A DNA stretch of 64,000 nucleotides from Phoronis australis (taxonomy: Eukaryota; Animalia; Phoronida), in NCBI GenBank assembly GCA_002633005.1, contig NMRA01000316.1, positions 395,052 through 459,051 of the forward strand, read 5' to 3'. A program made the translations under genes and the position numbers. The notes beneath the pieces are model-generated. The model had not been told where the DNA came from, ran no database searches, and worked only from the letters and a program-made list of their open reading frames with translations. Of this stretch, positions 39,939-52,204 are shown piece after piece (position 1 is the first letter of the stretch; the number at the start of each line of letters is the position of its first letter).

Positions 39939-40493
39939 AGTTTCCTGAGCGAGATTCATGCACTGTAGTGATGTTTAAAAACAGAGTATTTGTTTATAAA
40001 GATGTATAATTGCTAACCATTTTTCTATAAAAGTTATAAATCCAGAACCATCATGGAAACATCAGAGTCGAGTCACTTTTTTAATTTAATCCCGCATGAC
40101 AATGGAAGTAAGACTTTCGTGTATATTCAAAACAAAGCGTCATCTTTGATGAGGTAAAACAGTGATGCAAGAGCGTTGATTTGGAAGTGTCCAATATGCA
40201 AGTAAAAGTGTGGTTAATGTCTTTTCAAAATTATTTCTCATAGATCAAGTCGAACAAGAAATAATTAGGAAGCGTGGACAAAGGGTTCCAAAACCTAAAA
40301 GAACGCGAATAAGGAGAGTAAAGTGAGACGAGTGCAGGCATGGAAAAAGAAAAAGGCTATTATAGATGCTAGACGGGATTTCATTCTTTTCCGTGTTGTC
40401 TGTCCTTTCCGTATGTTGTTGATTAAACTTTTAAAAAAATTCGTGACAAGGAAAGACATGAGTGTCTTTCTACCTGAAGTGAATCCTCATAAT

Positions 40494-40713
40494 CATGCGC
40501 GCACAGCCTAAAAATGTGGGGCTCCAATTTTTTAGCATGTGGACCTTTTACTAGAAAAAAAAACGTAGTACGTTCAGAGGTATAAATTGTGCATCTGCCT
40601 TTTTAGAGGACTTTTGTCTCATTTTCGGCTTTTTCGGACTTTTTGTTTCTCTGAGGCGGACCTTTTTGCTCACATCGTTCGAGCTCCCCGAGCATCCCTT
40701 GGGTGCGTGCATG
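40494..40713 (-). mobile_element. MITE family 2 copy
   Basis: CATGCGCGCAC...GTGCGTGCATG, perfect 5-bp TSD ATAAT/ATAAT. Confidence 0.8.
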
Positions 40714-41998
40714 ATAATACAGTACAGTGTATATATTTTAATGTATAAATATTGACCTACTTAAGTATTTCCTTGTTAGCTGCAACTTGGGAAGACTTGG
40801 ACAAATTGCATGTAGGACACTTAGCGAGCTAACGATGAACACGAACCAAACTTCCTTTACTTTTGATTTTGCTGCGAGTTGTATACTAGAATAACAATAC
40901 ATGTAATAGCAGGGACCCAAGGGAGTTCCCCTACTATCTCAAAACGGACAAAAACTGAATTGGAGAAACTTATTACACTCCGATTGAGAACCCCATTCGT
41001 GGCATGTTTTTCCCAAAATTGCCCATTTCCACCGTCTCTAGCTCGTTTCACCAAGGTGTAAAACAGGTTAGAACGAATGAGGGGTCTGTTTTATGAAACG
41101 GGACTTAAGGCTTTAGACAAAAATTTGGTCTTACATGTACGCTCCAAGGAGCTCCCCATTTGTCGAAGTGGGCAGAAAGGTCCGCCTCAGAGAAACAAAA
41201 AGTCCGAGAAAACGAAATAAAAAGTCGCAACCGCACAATTCACAGCACAGCTTCGTTCTTGGCACCGTTTTTTTCGTCGACCCACTTTTTTGTTAGTAAA
41301 AGGTCGACAACCCCAGGAATTCGAGCCCTCCATATTAAAGGCTGGGTGCCGGCGCGTGGTGCTACAGCGCGCCCAAAGGATGAAAATTTATTTATTTCAA
41401 GTCAATCGATAAATTAAAGGCGAGATCTAGCCTTGTGCCTGCATGAGCATTGTGTGTGTAACTTCCTTCTGAACTGTTGACCTCATTAACCTTAAACTCA
41501 TTGGAAACATTTAGTTGTCATGCATGCGTAAACGTGTCAGTAAAAAAAACATCAATCTCACTAACCAGGGGTCTTTTAAATCCAAGATCTCACGAAGAAT
41601 TAGGCCGGATAAAATCCCCATGGTTCTCAGGACTCAGTCCATCTTGACACAGTATTTGGATCCGATGAGAAACGTCACATCAGTCAGCAGACATTACCGG
41701 CTGTCGTGTGCAAGTCTATACTTTGTGACGGAGTAATAATTAGTGAACGGGAAGAGCGTAGTATTGTTGAAAGCTACACATGTAAAACCACCAAACAAAA
41801 TTAATGTTATTCCGATTGTTCTGGCTTGAAGATGCGAAACAGGTGTTTTAGCAAATCCAAACAATGCAATACATGTAGATTAAAATTTTGTTTACTCACA
41901 TTATCTCGTCCTTTAATCGGTGACAGCGAAACGATTCGTAAAAATGCAATCTCCTACGTTTACTCATTAGAGTAGAAAGCGCGTGAAAGGTGGGATAC

Positions 41999-42109
41999 CA
42001 GGGGCGGATCCAGGATTTTGAGTTAGGTGGGGGCCAGGGCAGAGTATTAGCCAAGATTTTGGCCGTCAGACAATCGCACCCCCATGACCCCCCTCTAAAT
42101 CCGCCACTG
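41999..42109 (-). mobile_element. MITE family 1 copy (internally deleted)
   Basis: Family 1 TIRs, flanks GATAC/GACAC. Confidence 0.75.
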
Positions 42110-42378
42110 GACACGAGCCACAATAATTTCCATATGCAGATGCAAAGTACACATAGGGTGAAGTGATGGCACCCAAGACGGCTGAATGGATTGTAAACTA
42201 GAGATAACCGACAACAGAGTAGTGAGAAAGAAACCGGTGGCGGCTGCGGTTAAATCAGTGTGGAATCTCAATTTTCCCGTTTCTTCCCTATTAGTTCTAC
42301 CTTTCTACAACTCACAACTTCTACCGGCGATGACAAATTTTAATAAATTGCAACTCGGGCTTGGGAGGAAGAGGCCAG

Positions 42379-42804
42379 TGCCCGGTTGCATGAAACAGTC
42401 GCAATTTAGGGACTAAACTAAATTCCCTAAATCTACATGTACTACGTATTTTTGGACTTGTGCAAACATCGATTGCCTTTTCTTGTTTTATTTAAGTTTC
42501 ATTACTAAGTCAACTTTTGTTTTGATACAAATTGATGGTGAACTCTACATGTACGTTAAATTGTCAATATTGTCAAAAATAAAAAGGAATCTTTTCATGT
42601 AACACCTCCAATTTAAGAACTACGTCCCTGGGTACAGTTTTTAGCTATATTAATAGAAAACTTAATGTCATTAATCAAAGAGGAGCTCATAATAAAGATG
42701 AAATGATAGAAAAATGTTGCGTCTGTGAGTCCATGAAGACACAAATACGCAAAAAGACTTAGCGACCTTAGTTGAGTCCCTATTTGGGACTGTTTCATGC
42801 AACC
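42379..42804. mobile_element. MITE family 4 copy
   Basis: Inverted ends GGTTGCATGAAACAGTC...GACTGTTTCATGCAACC around an AT-rich core. Confidence 0.7.
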
Positions 42805-43493
42805 AATCTTAAGTGCCCCTAATATACGGTTCAGCTGCAAAACTGCATTGGTGGCGAGCTGGGGAAAATCAGGAGGGCAAATGGGATGGGTTTGAAGATA
42901 TTGGAAATTTACGACGACCGGTTTCCGACAGGGGATGAAACTGATGCGACCGGAGGACGCCCTTCCTTTATTGTCTACAGTTCAAATGTCGTCAAGGCAG
43001 TGTCGGGTCAAGCTAAAGCTTGGGGCCAATGCGAAATAACCGCCCGTCCTTCCTCTAAAATGGCTATTCAACATTTGTGGCAACCAGAGGGAATACAGTG
43101 GCATTACATTAAGAAAGCTGCAGTTTAGGGCCTCTTCTAGTTCTCACAGGAACCCCTTAAATCCCATGTCCACTGGGGGGAGGGTGGAGGGGGAAGGGGG
43201 GAGGTACATGTACATGTATCTAACTATTACCAGTTTCGTGTTTTGGATACGCACCAACTGAAGCACGAAGTAGCCTTTTCGAGCGATATTTAGGCATCAT
43301 CGCTAGCTCTAAGCAAATAGAGAACTGCCTATAGTATGTAGTTTGATCATTCTTCGGTACCTGCGGTACAAGAATATCTGCAGCGGGAACCACAATATAC
43401 TGAATAGAACACCATGAATTCACTACTTGCACGCATTCGCCATATTTAAATGGGCCAACGCCAAAACGAGGCCACCTGTCCCACTTCGCAAGC

Positions 43494-43634
43494 ATGGTTC
43501 ATTGTTGTGTGCCGCTGTGCAGTAACTCATCTAAGAAAAAGTCGTCATTTTCCTTCCATAAGTTCCCGAGTGACCAGACAGTTCGAAACAGGTGGATAGT
43601 TAATATCCGTAGAGATCCAGGAAAAGACTTTAAC
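43494..43634 (+). CDS. THAP zinc-finger first exon (probably transposon-derived; remainder not visible)
   Basis: MVHCCVPLCSNSSKKKSSFSFHKFPSDQTVRNRWIVNIRRDPGKDFN followed by a GTGAGT donor. Confidence 0.8.
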
Positions 43635-43757
43635 GTGAGTTTACAGGCAATTGCAATTAGAGAAATGAAAACCTTGTAAGCCGGTGTCCCGTCATGGCCA
43701 CTTTACCTTTCCACGTCGTAAGGTCGATTGTAAATACGTGAAAAAGAATTATTTTTN

Positions 43758-46057
43758 CCGTTGTCTGAGCTTGTTCACGGCGCCTCTCTAGTATTTCTTC
43801 ATCACTGTATTCCTGCTCGAATTGATAGCCTGTAAAACTTAACGATCCACCTGCAAAGTCGGGACTGATGAGCTCTAGCTCGTCCTAAATCGGGATTGCA
43901 AGTTGCCATGTTGACGTTTATTACTGAGCGTTCTGTTTCAAAATGAATTATTCTCACCCTAACCAATACTTAAAGAGTTCCCACCATGACCCTGTGTCTC
44001 AAAAAGGAATTTTATTATTACATCTTAACAGATTTAATAGCCTTTAGTACACCTGTTGCTACGAAACAATCTAAAAATTTTAAAAATATATTTTTCTGTT
44101 ACCGAGTTCGTACGCAATGGGTGGAAGACCGCTTCAGCCGTTGTTGTTTTACCAGTGCGATACTGAGGAGTTGTGAAGAAAGTCCGCGGGGAGCCGCCTT
44201 TCTCAGACATGAAAAGGTGCGTTTGTGCAAACTGTGGTAACAACATCTTGACTGTGAACGTCTTTGTGTTCAAATTTCCTAAATACGTGAAAGTTGCACA
44301 AAAATGGCATCGGTTTGTCATGGGCGGCGCATTTCAGTGCTGCGCCACCCATGATTGTGCGCCGAACAAGAGTGCGGAGTGTCAGTGTGGAACATGAGAT
44401 TCAGTTTGGCGTAAGCCACACTTTGATCGGCACATTTCAAAGAATCGTGTTTCGACCACACACATAAGCGGCGTTACAATGAAGGACTCACCACCAAGTA
44501 AATTTTGTAAATCACGAACAAAGTGCTTCCATTCTAGGGCGAGTGATGCCAGGCCCTGGACCCCGGCCGAGATCGAGTGCTACTACAAGTAGGCTTATGC
44601 ATATTGTGTTTAGACTGTGCTCATTCCATCACAGCAATAGTGAATACGAGTAACCCAGGTTGGCTGTGGCTTTTGTCAGTATTTATTAAGTGTCTATTTT
44701 GTGAGTAGTGACCACCACTTGGTAGAGTTGGTTGTGGCTCACATATGTCATTTTTCGTGCAAGTGGGTCGAGTTCATACGGCCTGAAACCCGAAGAAAGT
44801 TCGCTAAATGGGAAATCGAATTCATTGTCTGATTCTTCAAGTACTTGAGTATAAGTGCCCGTATCCACTCTCCTCTCTATCTGCATAATAATTGTCCAAT
44901 TCTCGCCTAATATTGTCATTGTCTTCTGACCTGCAGTGTTCCGACATTGCAGATGATTGTCAAGCGGCCAACCGTCTTCCACCCATTGCATCATTTGGCG
45001 GGAAACTCAGAAATAAGTAATTTTTCTTCAAAATTAAACAAGTTGCCACTATTTGGCATAAAAAGTGCCTATTTAGCAAGATTTTATGGTATTCGATTCA
45101 TATTAGCTAACTGAAACCTGAAAAAGTAAGAAAATGCATGGTGGGAACTCTTTAAATAAAACTGAAACAAAGTCTGTCTCATTAGATGCAATTTTTAATG
45201 CGTTTGGAGTGTTCGTGAGTGCAAAGGATTTGAGAAGCCAGCAATGAATAAAGCACTGCGTTACCGGCTTTAGGTGCAATAAAACTAATTGACGGGACAC
45301 CGAGCCCGTGTGAGCTCATGCTAATTTAGTGTTTGCGGGCAGAAACTGTTGTGAAACAACTCGATTTCCATCCCACGGCCAGGTGTTAGGGGAATCTTTA
45401 TTTCCTTTTACATTACTCAAATAATGATTGTCAATGTACAACTTCTGCCCTGACGGTGCTGTGGCCAAAGTGGAACCTGAATTCGCGGCCCCCGACGAGT
45501 AAGCAGATGTTTCCACTGAACTTTGGCTGGATTATGTTCGTGATGTCTGATCAGTTTTCGAGCCACTGGCCGGGATAACGAGCGTTTTGTGTTTAGAATT
45601 CAAAGAATGACAAGTCTAAACAACACAGATCTAGGTTCTCCGGTCTGTATCTCACGGAAAATACTTCGAAATTATCTCCGAACAGACCACAAACTCCTGC
45701 TACGGACCTTATTGGCCTGCCGAACTTTGTAGGCTACGATGTGTACAAATACCAATAAATCCGTAAGAGCGAAAAAAACAACACATTTTTATAAGAATTC
45801 GGTGTGTTTTTAAGGGTTTTACATCGAAGTTTGATGATTTATTGGTATTAAACGATGACTTCAAGCGATAAGCTGACAACAGTAAACCGTGTTTTGAACT
45901 TCTGAAAAAACTGCGTGTGAAACCGATGACGTCTTTGGATAATTTCAACACCTCCGTCTGCCGTCAGGTGTCAGGTAACGCAACCGTAGGTGTCGTTATG
46001 GAGTAGAACTACTCGATCTAAATTGATACAAATTAGGTTGTTTTGTGGCATGCTCCT
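43758..46057 (+). mobile_element. Kolobok-like copy B1 (left part lost at the N at 43757; interrupted by a nested element)
   Basis: Inverted homology to 32556-33850; ends GTGGCATGCTCCT|TTAA. Confidence 0.75.
43974..45151 (+). mobile_element. Nested Kolobok-like element with perfect 15-bp TIRs, TTAA TSD and a THAP remnant
   Basis: TTAA|AGAGTTCCCACCATG...CATGGTGGGAACTCT|TTAA; the empty site is seen in copy A near 33648. THAP remnant MKRCVCANCGNN...FKFPKYVKVAQKWHRFV from 44209, then L*SAHFKESCFD. Confidence 0.88.
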
Positions 46058-46061
46058 TTAA

Positions 46062-46470
46062 AAGAGAATGCCACCAGATTTAATTAGCCTTTTTACCGTC
46101 TTATTCGGTCTATATCCACATCACCTCGTATACGGTCGATCTCACCTCGCCGAGAGGTGTCGCGTTAACCTGTTAGGAAGGTGAGAAACGACTCAGCGAC
46201 GTCAGTGGATCTTCTGCAGATTGAGTGCAGCTATGGAGTGGTGTATCGTTCCCGGCCTGTGCGAACTATGAAGCTACGAGGAAAGCAGGTATATCGTTTT
46301 TTTTTTCGATTTCCTCGAGGGCATACAATGCTTCGGAAGTGGTTCGCTGTAGTGAAGAATAAAACGTACGCCGTAATACCAATTAAGTATGAGGCCGTGA
46401 AACTTCTCAGTGTGGCCGGCATTTCGTGTACAGTGATTTCACTGACGATCGAATGCCGGCTTACCAAACA
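46062..46470 (+). mobile_element. Kolobok-like copy B2 (left end) with a frameshifted THAP exon at 46233-46365
   Basis: Starts TTAA|AAGAGAATGCCACC; homologous to the reverse complement of 33870-34260; MEWCIVPG, CANYEATRKAGISFF and RFPRGHTMLRKWFAVVKNK in shifted frames. Confidence 0.75.
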
Positions 46471-47151
46471 TCTCATGCCAGGGCAAAAAAGAGACTGAGG
46501 ATGAAGACAGATGTTGTGCCTATTGTGTTTGCGTTCGGTAGGCAGGAGGTAAAACAACGCGGATAGGTTGTTGCTCAGTTTCTGATTATGGAGAATTGTA
46601 GCTGGCCATGGAAACATGAACAATGACAATTCATTCACGACATGAGAACATAAAGTTTTATTTAAGGTAGGTGGATACACAAAAAAATTAATTTTGACTG
46701 TTTTTTACATTTTCATATCATCCTAATCTTTAATTCTTGATGCACAGTATACTGAAGAAAAATAAAATCATTCTGAAAATCCAAAGTTGTTTTTTTAGCT
46801 ATATTTGACCAAACCTCAGTGAGTCATATGGCTTGAGTACTCACCAGCTCAGTGATTGACAACTGGGGCGGAGCTTATATACAAAGACACTAGCTCTAAT
46901 CTAACCCTGTCAACAAGCATTGCGTAACCGGGCAATCGAGAGTGGTGTACCAGCTGATATTGGTGTTGTAGCAAGACCAAGAATAAAACAATTCTATTTT
47001 TGACCATGTGAAAGTTAGTAGTGAAATGGTGAACTAGCTCCTGTTCCGAGCCTGAGCCTGTTTGTCTATCTGCAAAAAAATTAAGTTGAGTACGCCAAGC
47101 CCTACCGAAGCCATCACTGCACTCAGCTTGAGGAGTCCGTGCAGAAATTGT

Positions 47152-47974
47152 NNNNNNNNNNNNNNNNNNNNNNNNNNNNNNNNNNNNNNNNNNNNNNNNN
47201 NNNNNNNNNNNNNNNNNNNNNNNNNNNNNNNNNNNNNNNNNNNNNNNNNNNNNNNNNNNNNNNNNNNNNNNNNNNNNNNNNNNNNNNNNNNNNNNNNNNN
47301 NNNNNNNNNNNNNNNNNNNNNNNNNNNNNNNNNNNNNNNNNNNNNNNNNNNNNNNNNNNNNNNNNNNNNNNNNNNNNNNNNNNNNNNNNNNNNNNNNNNN
47401 NNNNNNNNNNNNNNNNNNNNNNNNNNNNNNNNNNNNNNNNNNNNNNNNNNNNNNNNNNNNNNNNNNNNNNNNNNNNNNNNNNNNNNNNNNNNNNNNNNNN
47501 NNNNNNNNNNNNNNNNNNNNNNNNNNNNNNNNNNNNNNNNNNNNNNNNNNNNNNNNNNNNNNNNNNNNNNNNNNNNNNNNNNNNNNNNNNNNNNNNNNNN
47601 NNNNNNNNNNNNNNNNNNNNNNNNNNNNNNNNNNNNNNNNNNNNNNNNNNNNNNNNNNNNNNNNNNNNNNNNNNNNNNNNNNNNNNNNNNNNNNNNNNNN
47701 NNNNNNNNNNNNNNNNNNNNNNNNNNNNNNNNNNNNNNNNNNNNNNNNNNNNNNNNNNNNNNNNNNNNNNNNNNNNNNNNNNNNNNNNNNNNNNNNNNNN
47801 NNNNNNNNNNNNNNNNNNNNNNNNNNNNNNNNNNNNNNNNNNNNNNNNNNNNNNNNNNNNNNNNNNNNNNNNNNNNNNNNNNNNNNNNNNNNNNNNNNNN
47901 NNNNNNNNNNNNNNNNNNNNNNNNNNNNNNNNNNNNNNNNNNNNNNNNNNNNNNNNNNNNNNNNNNNNNNNNNN
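47152..47974. other. Assembly gap
   Basis: Run of N. Confidence 1.
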
Positions 47975-50386
47975 TATTTTGAATATTGCAATGCATGTGT
48001 TCCAAAATCTAAATAACTTGGGTCCTATATTTTTGTATTAGTGCGCGCCGAATGAAAGTAATCGTGAGTGTTGCTGTGTTGCAAAATCTCTTATCCTGGG
48101 CCGATTTGAAAAATTCAAAGTTGTACTCATATTTGTTTTCGCTCCTCTTTTCAAATATTACAGTAAAAACTACGTAAAACTCTCTCCATAAAAAGTACAG
48201 TCTGCTAGCTAGATTTTAATCAGCTGATCATATCCGCATGAACGAAGCCAATTATCCTCGCTCGTGACTCGATGACTAGAGCAGCTTGGCGACATCCCTT
48301 TGATCGTGAGCCGAGCGCGACTCAGCCAAGGTGGATAAATACGGTCTAGTTCAATTTTCCATACCCCACCGTTTACCTTAACCACTGGGGTTAGAACCAA
48401 TCTTATTTAGTGGGAATGTTCATAGCATGATTTAGCTTTTTGTCAGTCATAAAAATCATGGGCACAAGTTAATTACAACAAGTTAACACTCTGGTTAAAA
48501 TAGATTGAAAAAATACTAAAATAAAAATACATGGGATATTGTAAACTCTGATCAGCGTGTGTCAATCCACCGAGTATATCAATACGCCCGGACGTTTATC
48601 TGTGCTCAATGTTTGTAGTTTTAGCTTATTAGTTTATCGATTTTTTAAAAAACGAAAACCATACGTAGTCGCTTTTCCAGCTAAATACAGCGTGGTGTTC
48701 ATTTTAACAACATTTTTTGGTTCATGTATTTTGAAAATTTTTCATCTTGTACAGGCAGAGATGTTTACTATCGTTTATGGTCCGGTAAAGGCACTTAATT
48801 GCGGTCATCACAACTGTTTCAAACTCCGGTGCCGTGCTCTCATTGATCCTGGAAAAGCCGCTTAGAAGGACGAAAGGTGAAAATTCATGCATATCATTAG
48901 AAATGCGTGACTTCCTCAGTTCCTTGTAAGCGTATTCATTGTTTTAAAAATTCAATAACTTGGGAAATATTTGTCTAAATGCACAAAGTTGTCGATGGGG
49001 TTTCAACGCACAATGGTTCTCGTACATTTCACGTTATTTCACAGTAGTGTTTTGAAACACGTTTCTTCCAACAATGTACGGTGTGCTATAGATAACGATT
49101 GGACCGGCGCTTGTTGACTTTAGTGGCGCTATATACGACCATGCCGTAGGTATACCCACGAACGCCTACTCTGTGTAACATTGGTCTAGAATTCACCTTG
49201 TTCGTACGGAGGATCTGTAAGAGGCCGCGTTTTCGGCGCACGGTCAGATTTCCCCCTACGTATACAAAGTATAACTGAGGGTCAGTTGATCAATATTGCT
49301 TTTGTTGTTGCTGTTGATAAGATCCATGGCTTAGTTTCTTTGTTGCAATTGTTGGTATTCATGATGACTTGCCTATTAAGCACTTTTAGTGACCCAGATT
49401 TGTTACTACAGGAGTGAAGGACAACGACTTAAGATCCGATCGTCTTTAAATAATTATTTGATCAGTTCGCTCAAACTCTACACGCACGCCTCCCTATTTA
49501 TTGTAGTGTCGCGATTTAAAGAAAAAGAAAATATCAAAATTGAAAATAAAAATTGTGAGATTCGCCTATTGCACTACATGTAGATAGTCCGTGGTACAAG
49601 AGTAGATTTTTTTTAATTTACACCACGTCTCTTTTTCTTCTCGCCAATGATCTGTGTTAAACTTTTACAAGGCAGAAACACTGGAGATGAAACTAATAAG
49701 TAAACTGTGACGGGGATGCCGTTTACGAAAAACACTTTCAAAATCATCTATCTGGAAAACAAACTACTGCACTTTGTCCAAAGCACAATAGATGCCATGT
49801 GCCAAAGAAGTGAGATATAATATTTATTTTATTAACCACTACACATTGTACATGTATGCCTCTCACACACAACTCAGCCACACGCCATTATAACCACTAC
49901 TGACTCAGTCTGTTAACTGAAAGTTCAATTATGAAATCGCGATCAGGCCCGGAGAATGAGGAAAGCTACAACGTCGATGATACTGGCTATACGTCAGATT
50001 AAACGTAACAGATTAGTAACTTTACATTATATATCCCACACGTACGTCTACAACCCCGACCGAAATCTGATAGTGAACTGTTGTATAATGTGCCATACGT
50101 AACAAATTAGCTTTCAACCGATCATCTTAATGCACCATCAGTAAATACTACCACATACCGACTTAATAATTTTAAGTAACTCGCCTAAGTTATGGGACTT
50201 CTAAATGATACCACTGGAAAGATTAGATAGCTTCATAAATCTTCCTAAGAGTAATATTAGAGAACTAAACCCAGACACTCTACTGTAAGTTAGTCTTTGT
50301 AAACTTCATGTAAATATCCCAGCTCTCAATACATTCTCCACTTGTATAGTTACATTTACCATTCACAATGTATAGCAGGATATTTT

Positions 50387-50569
<183 letters not shown>

Positions 50570-50859
50570 TCATTCAGTCCCTAAAATTACTGCAAAAATC
50601 TAAACTCAACTCTTGCTTCACATCAACTAGCCACAGGCTTTGAGTATCAATAAAAATATGTGTGTGTGCACACATGCGATAAAATTTTGTAAAAAGGAAC
50701 TGCTCAAATTTAATTTATTTATTCTAACTTCTTGTCAAAAAGTTGATTACAATCACCATAAACACATAAAAGGCCCTGGCACTACCAAATTGTAATACAA
50801 CAATTTTGTCATATTTGTGAATATATAGTACATAGAAATCCTACAACTGACTAAATGAG

Positions 50860-51774
50860 TCAAAGCCGTGATTTAATAAATTTTAGTTGGTTACTAAAAA
50901 TGCGTTCCACATCAGACCAAGAATAAGCAGTCAAGTTTTGTTCAACAAAAGTCCTCAGTTCAGCTGTAGAATTCACGGTACGTATTCTGTAGGCTGTTTC
51001 CCCACTCTTAGCTTCATACAATAATATTCCATTACTGGTTTCTTTGAGTGCGTAAGACAATCCTGGAGGACCAATGACTGCTATCGCCTTCTCGTGCAAT
51101 GGACTACCACTATTGGGCAAGTAGCCTTTCTCATTAAACCATACAGCTAACTCATCCAGTGAAAACGCATCTAGGTTGAAAGTATAAGCATCTACCCACT
51201 GGGGCTTTTTAATATCTGTAAAGAATGGATCCGCCCTATGTATCAACCGCCGACGAACGTAATGATCATCAACTTTGGCATATTTGCACAACACATGAAT
51301 ATGCTGATAAGATGGAGATTCTTCTTCAAAATCCAGAGGGAACGCATCAAAAGCTGGCTGTCCAGCTCCTACATCCACCACAAAGGTGTCTCCGTCTTTC
51401 TGTATATCTTTAACAATAACAAGCATATGCCGTGGATACTTGTCCTTCAGTACGTGCGCTAAAGTGCAGTAGGTATGGAAACCTAAACCTGACAGCAGCG
51501 CATGCAAGAATATATGTAGCTCATAACACAAACCACCTTGTCGGCTCATAATTCTCTCTTTGATGGTGTCCCATCTCGGAAGACACCTCTGATCCTTAGG
51601 AATCAGTAACAGATTGAAGTTGGTAAACGGGATGTGTTGACTAAATGCTGTAATTATCTGTTTCAGAAAGGCAGCCTTGTCCAGCTTGCAATCCTCAAAA
51701 CTAACACCAATTACCTTTAGGAAATGTCCAACTTCTTCTGGAGANAACGCATAAATATCACCATCATCCTCATG
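50860..51774 (-). CDS. NAT: Arylamine N-acetyltransferase family protein, single coding exon (start uncertain)
   Basis: The frame is open from 51774: ...QHIPFTNFNLL...RQGGLCYELH...PRHMLVIV...FVVDVGAGQP, giving the IPFEN-like motif and the Cys-His-Asp triad. No in-frame ATG precedes 51549, and an N lies at 51745. Confidence 0.88.
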   Translation of the reverse strand, partial: HEDDGDIYAXSPEEVGHFLKVIGVSFEDCKLDKAAFLKQIITAFSQHIPFTNFNLLLIPKDQRCLPRWDTIKERIMSRQGGLCYELHIFLHALLSGLGFHTYCTLAHVLKDKYPRHMLVIVKDIQKDGDTFVVDVGAGQPAFDAFPLDFEEESPSYQHIHVLCKYAKVDDHYVRRRLIHRADPFFTDIKKPQWVDAYTFNLDAFSLDELAVWFNEKGYLPNSGSPLHEKAIAVIGPPGLSYALKETSNGILLYEAKSGETAYRIRTVNSTAELRTFVEQNLTAYSWSDVERIFSNQLKFIKSRL

Positions 51775-52204
51775 TCAAAATTGCCAACTAAAACTCGAGG
51801 GGGAGGGCACGAACCTTACATCCTGGTACGCGTTTTCGTTAACGAACTTCAAAAAATAGAGCATGGTGGAGTGTTTGAAAGAGCCAAAATCCATCCAACT
51901 CGAAGTGGCCATAACGGAGCGATATGGAGATTTAAAAGGACGTGATTTATCCATTTTTTCAGTTGCTGTGTACCTAAATTAAACGGCACAGAAAAAAATG
52001 ACTTAGGCCTACAGTACGATTTTCTGAAACGTACCTCAGCGAAATCGTCAAAGAAAAAAGCGCCACTTGCCACCTAAAACGGACAAAAACAACCAAAGCG
52101 CGCAACGCGTCGCTTACCTGAAAAAGTAACTCTTTCACTTGTTTTTTGTGGTTAAACATGTGATGTGTACCCATATTTTTGTCGTGGCCCCCTACCTTAC
52201 AAAA

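Noticed and set aside
43494-43800. THAP exon swap onto the body of copy B1
   Set aside because: Homology to copy A starts exactly at the N at 43757, so the join may be an assembly seam.
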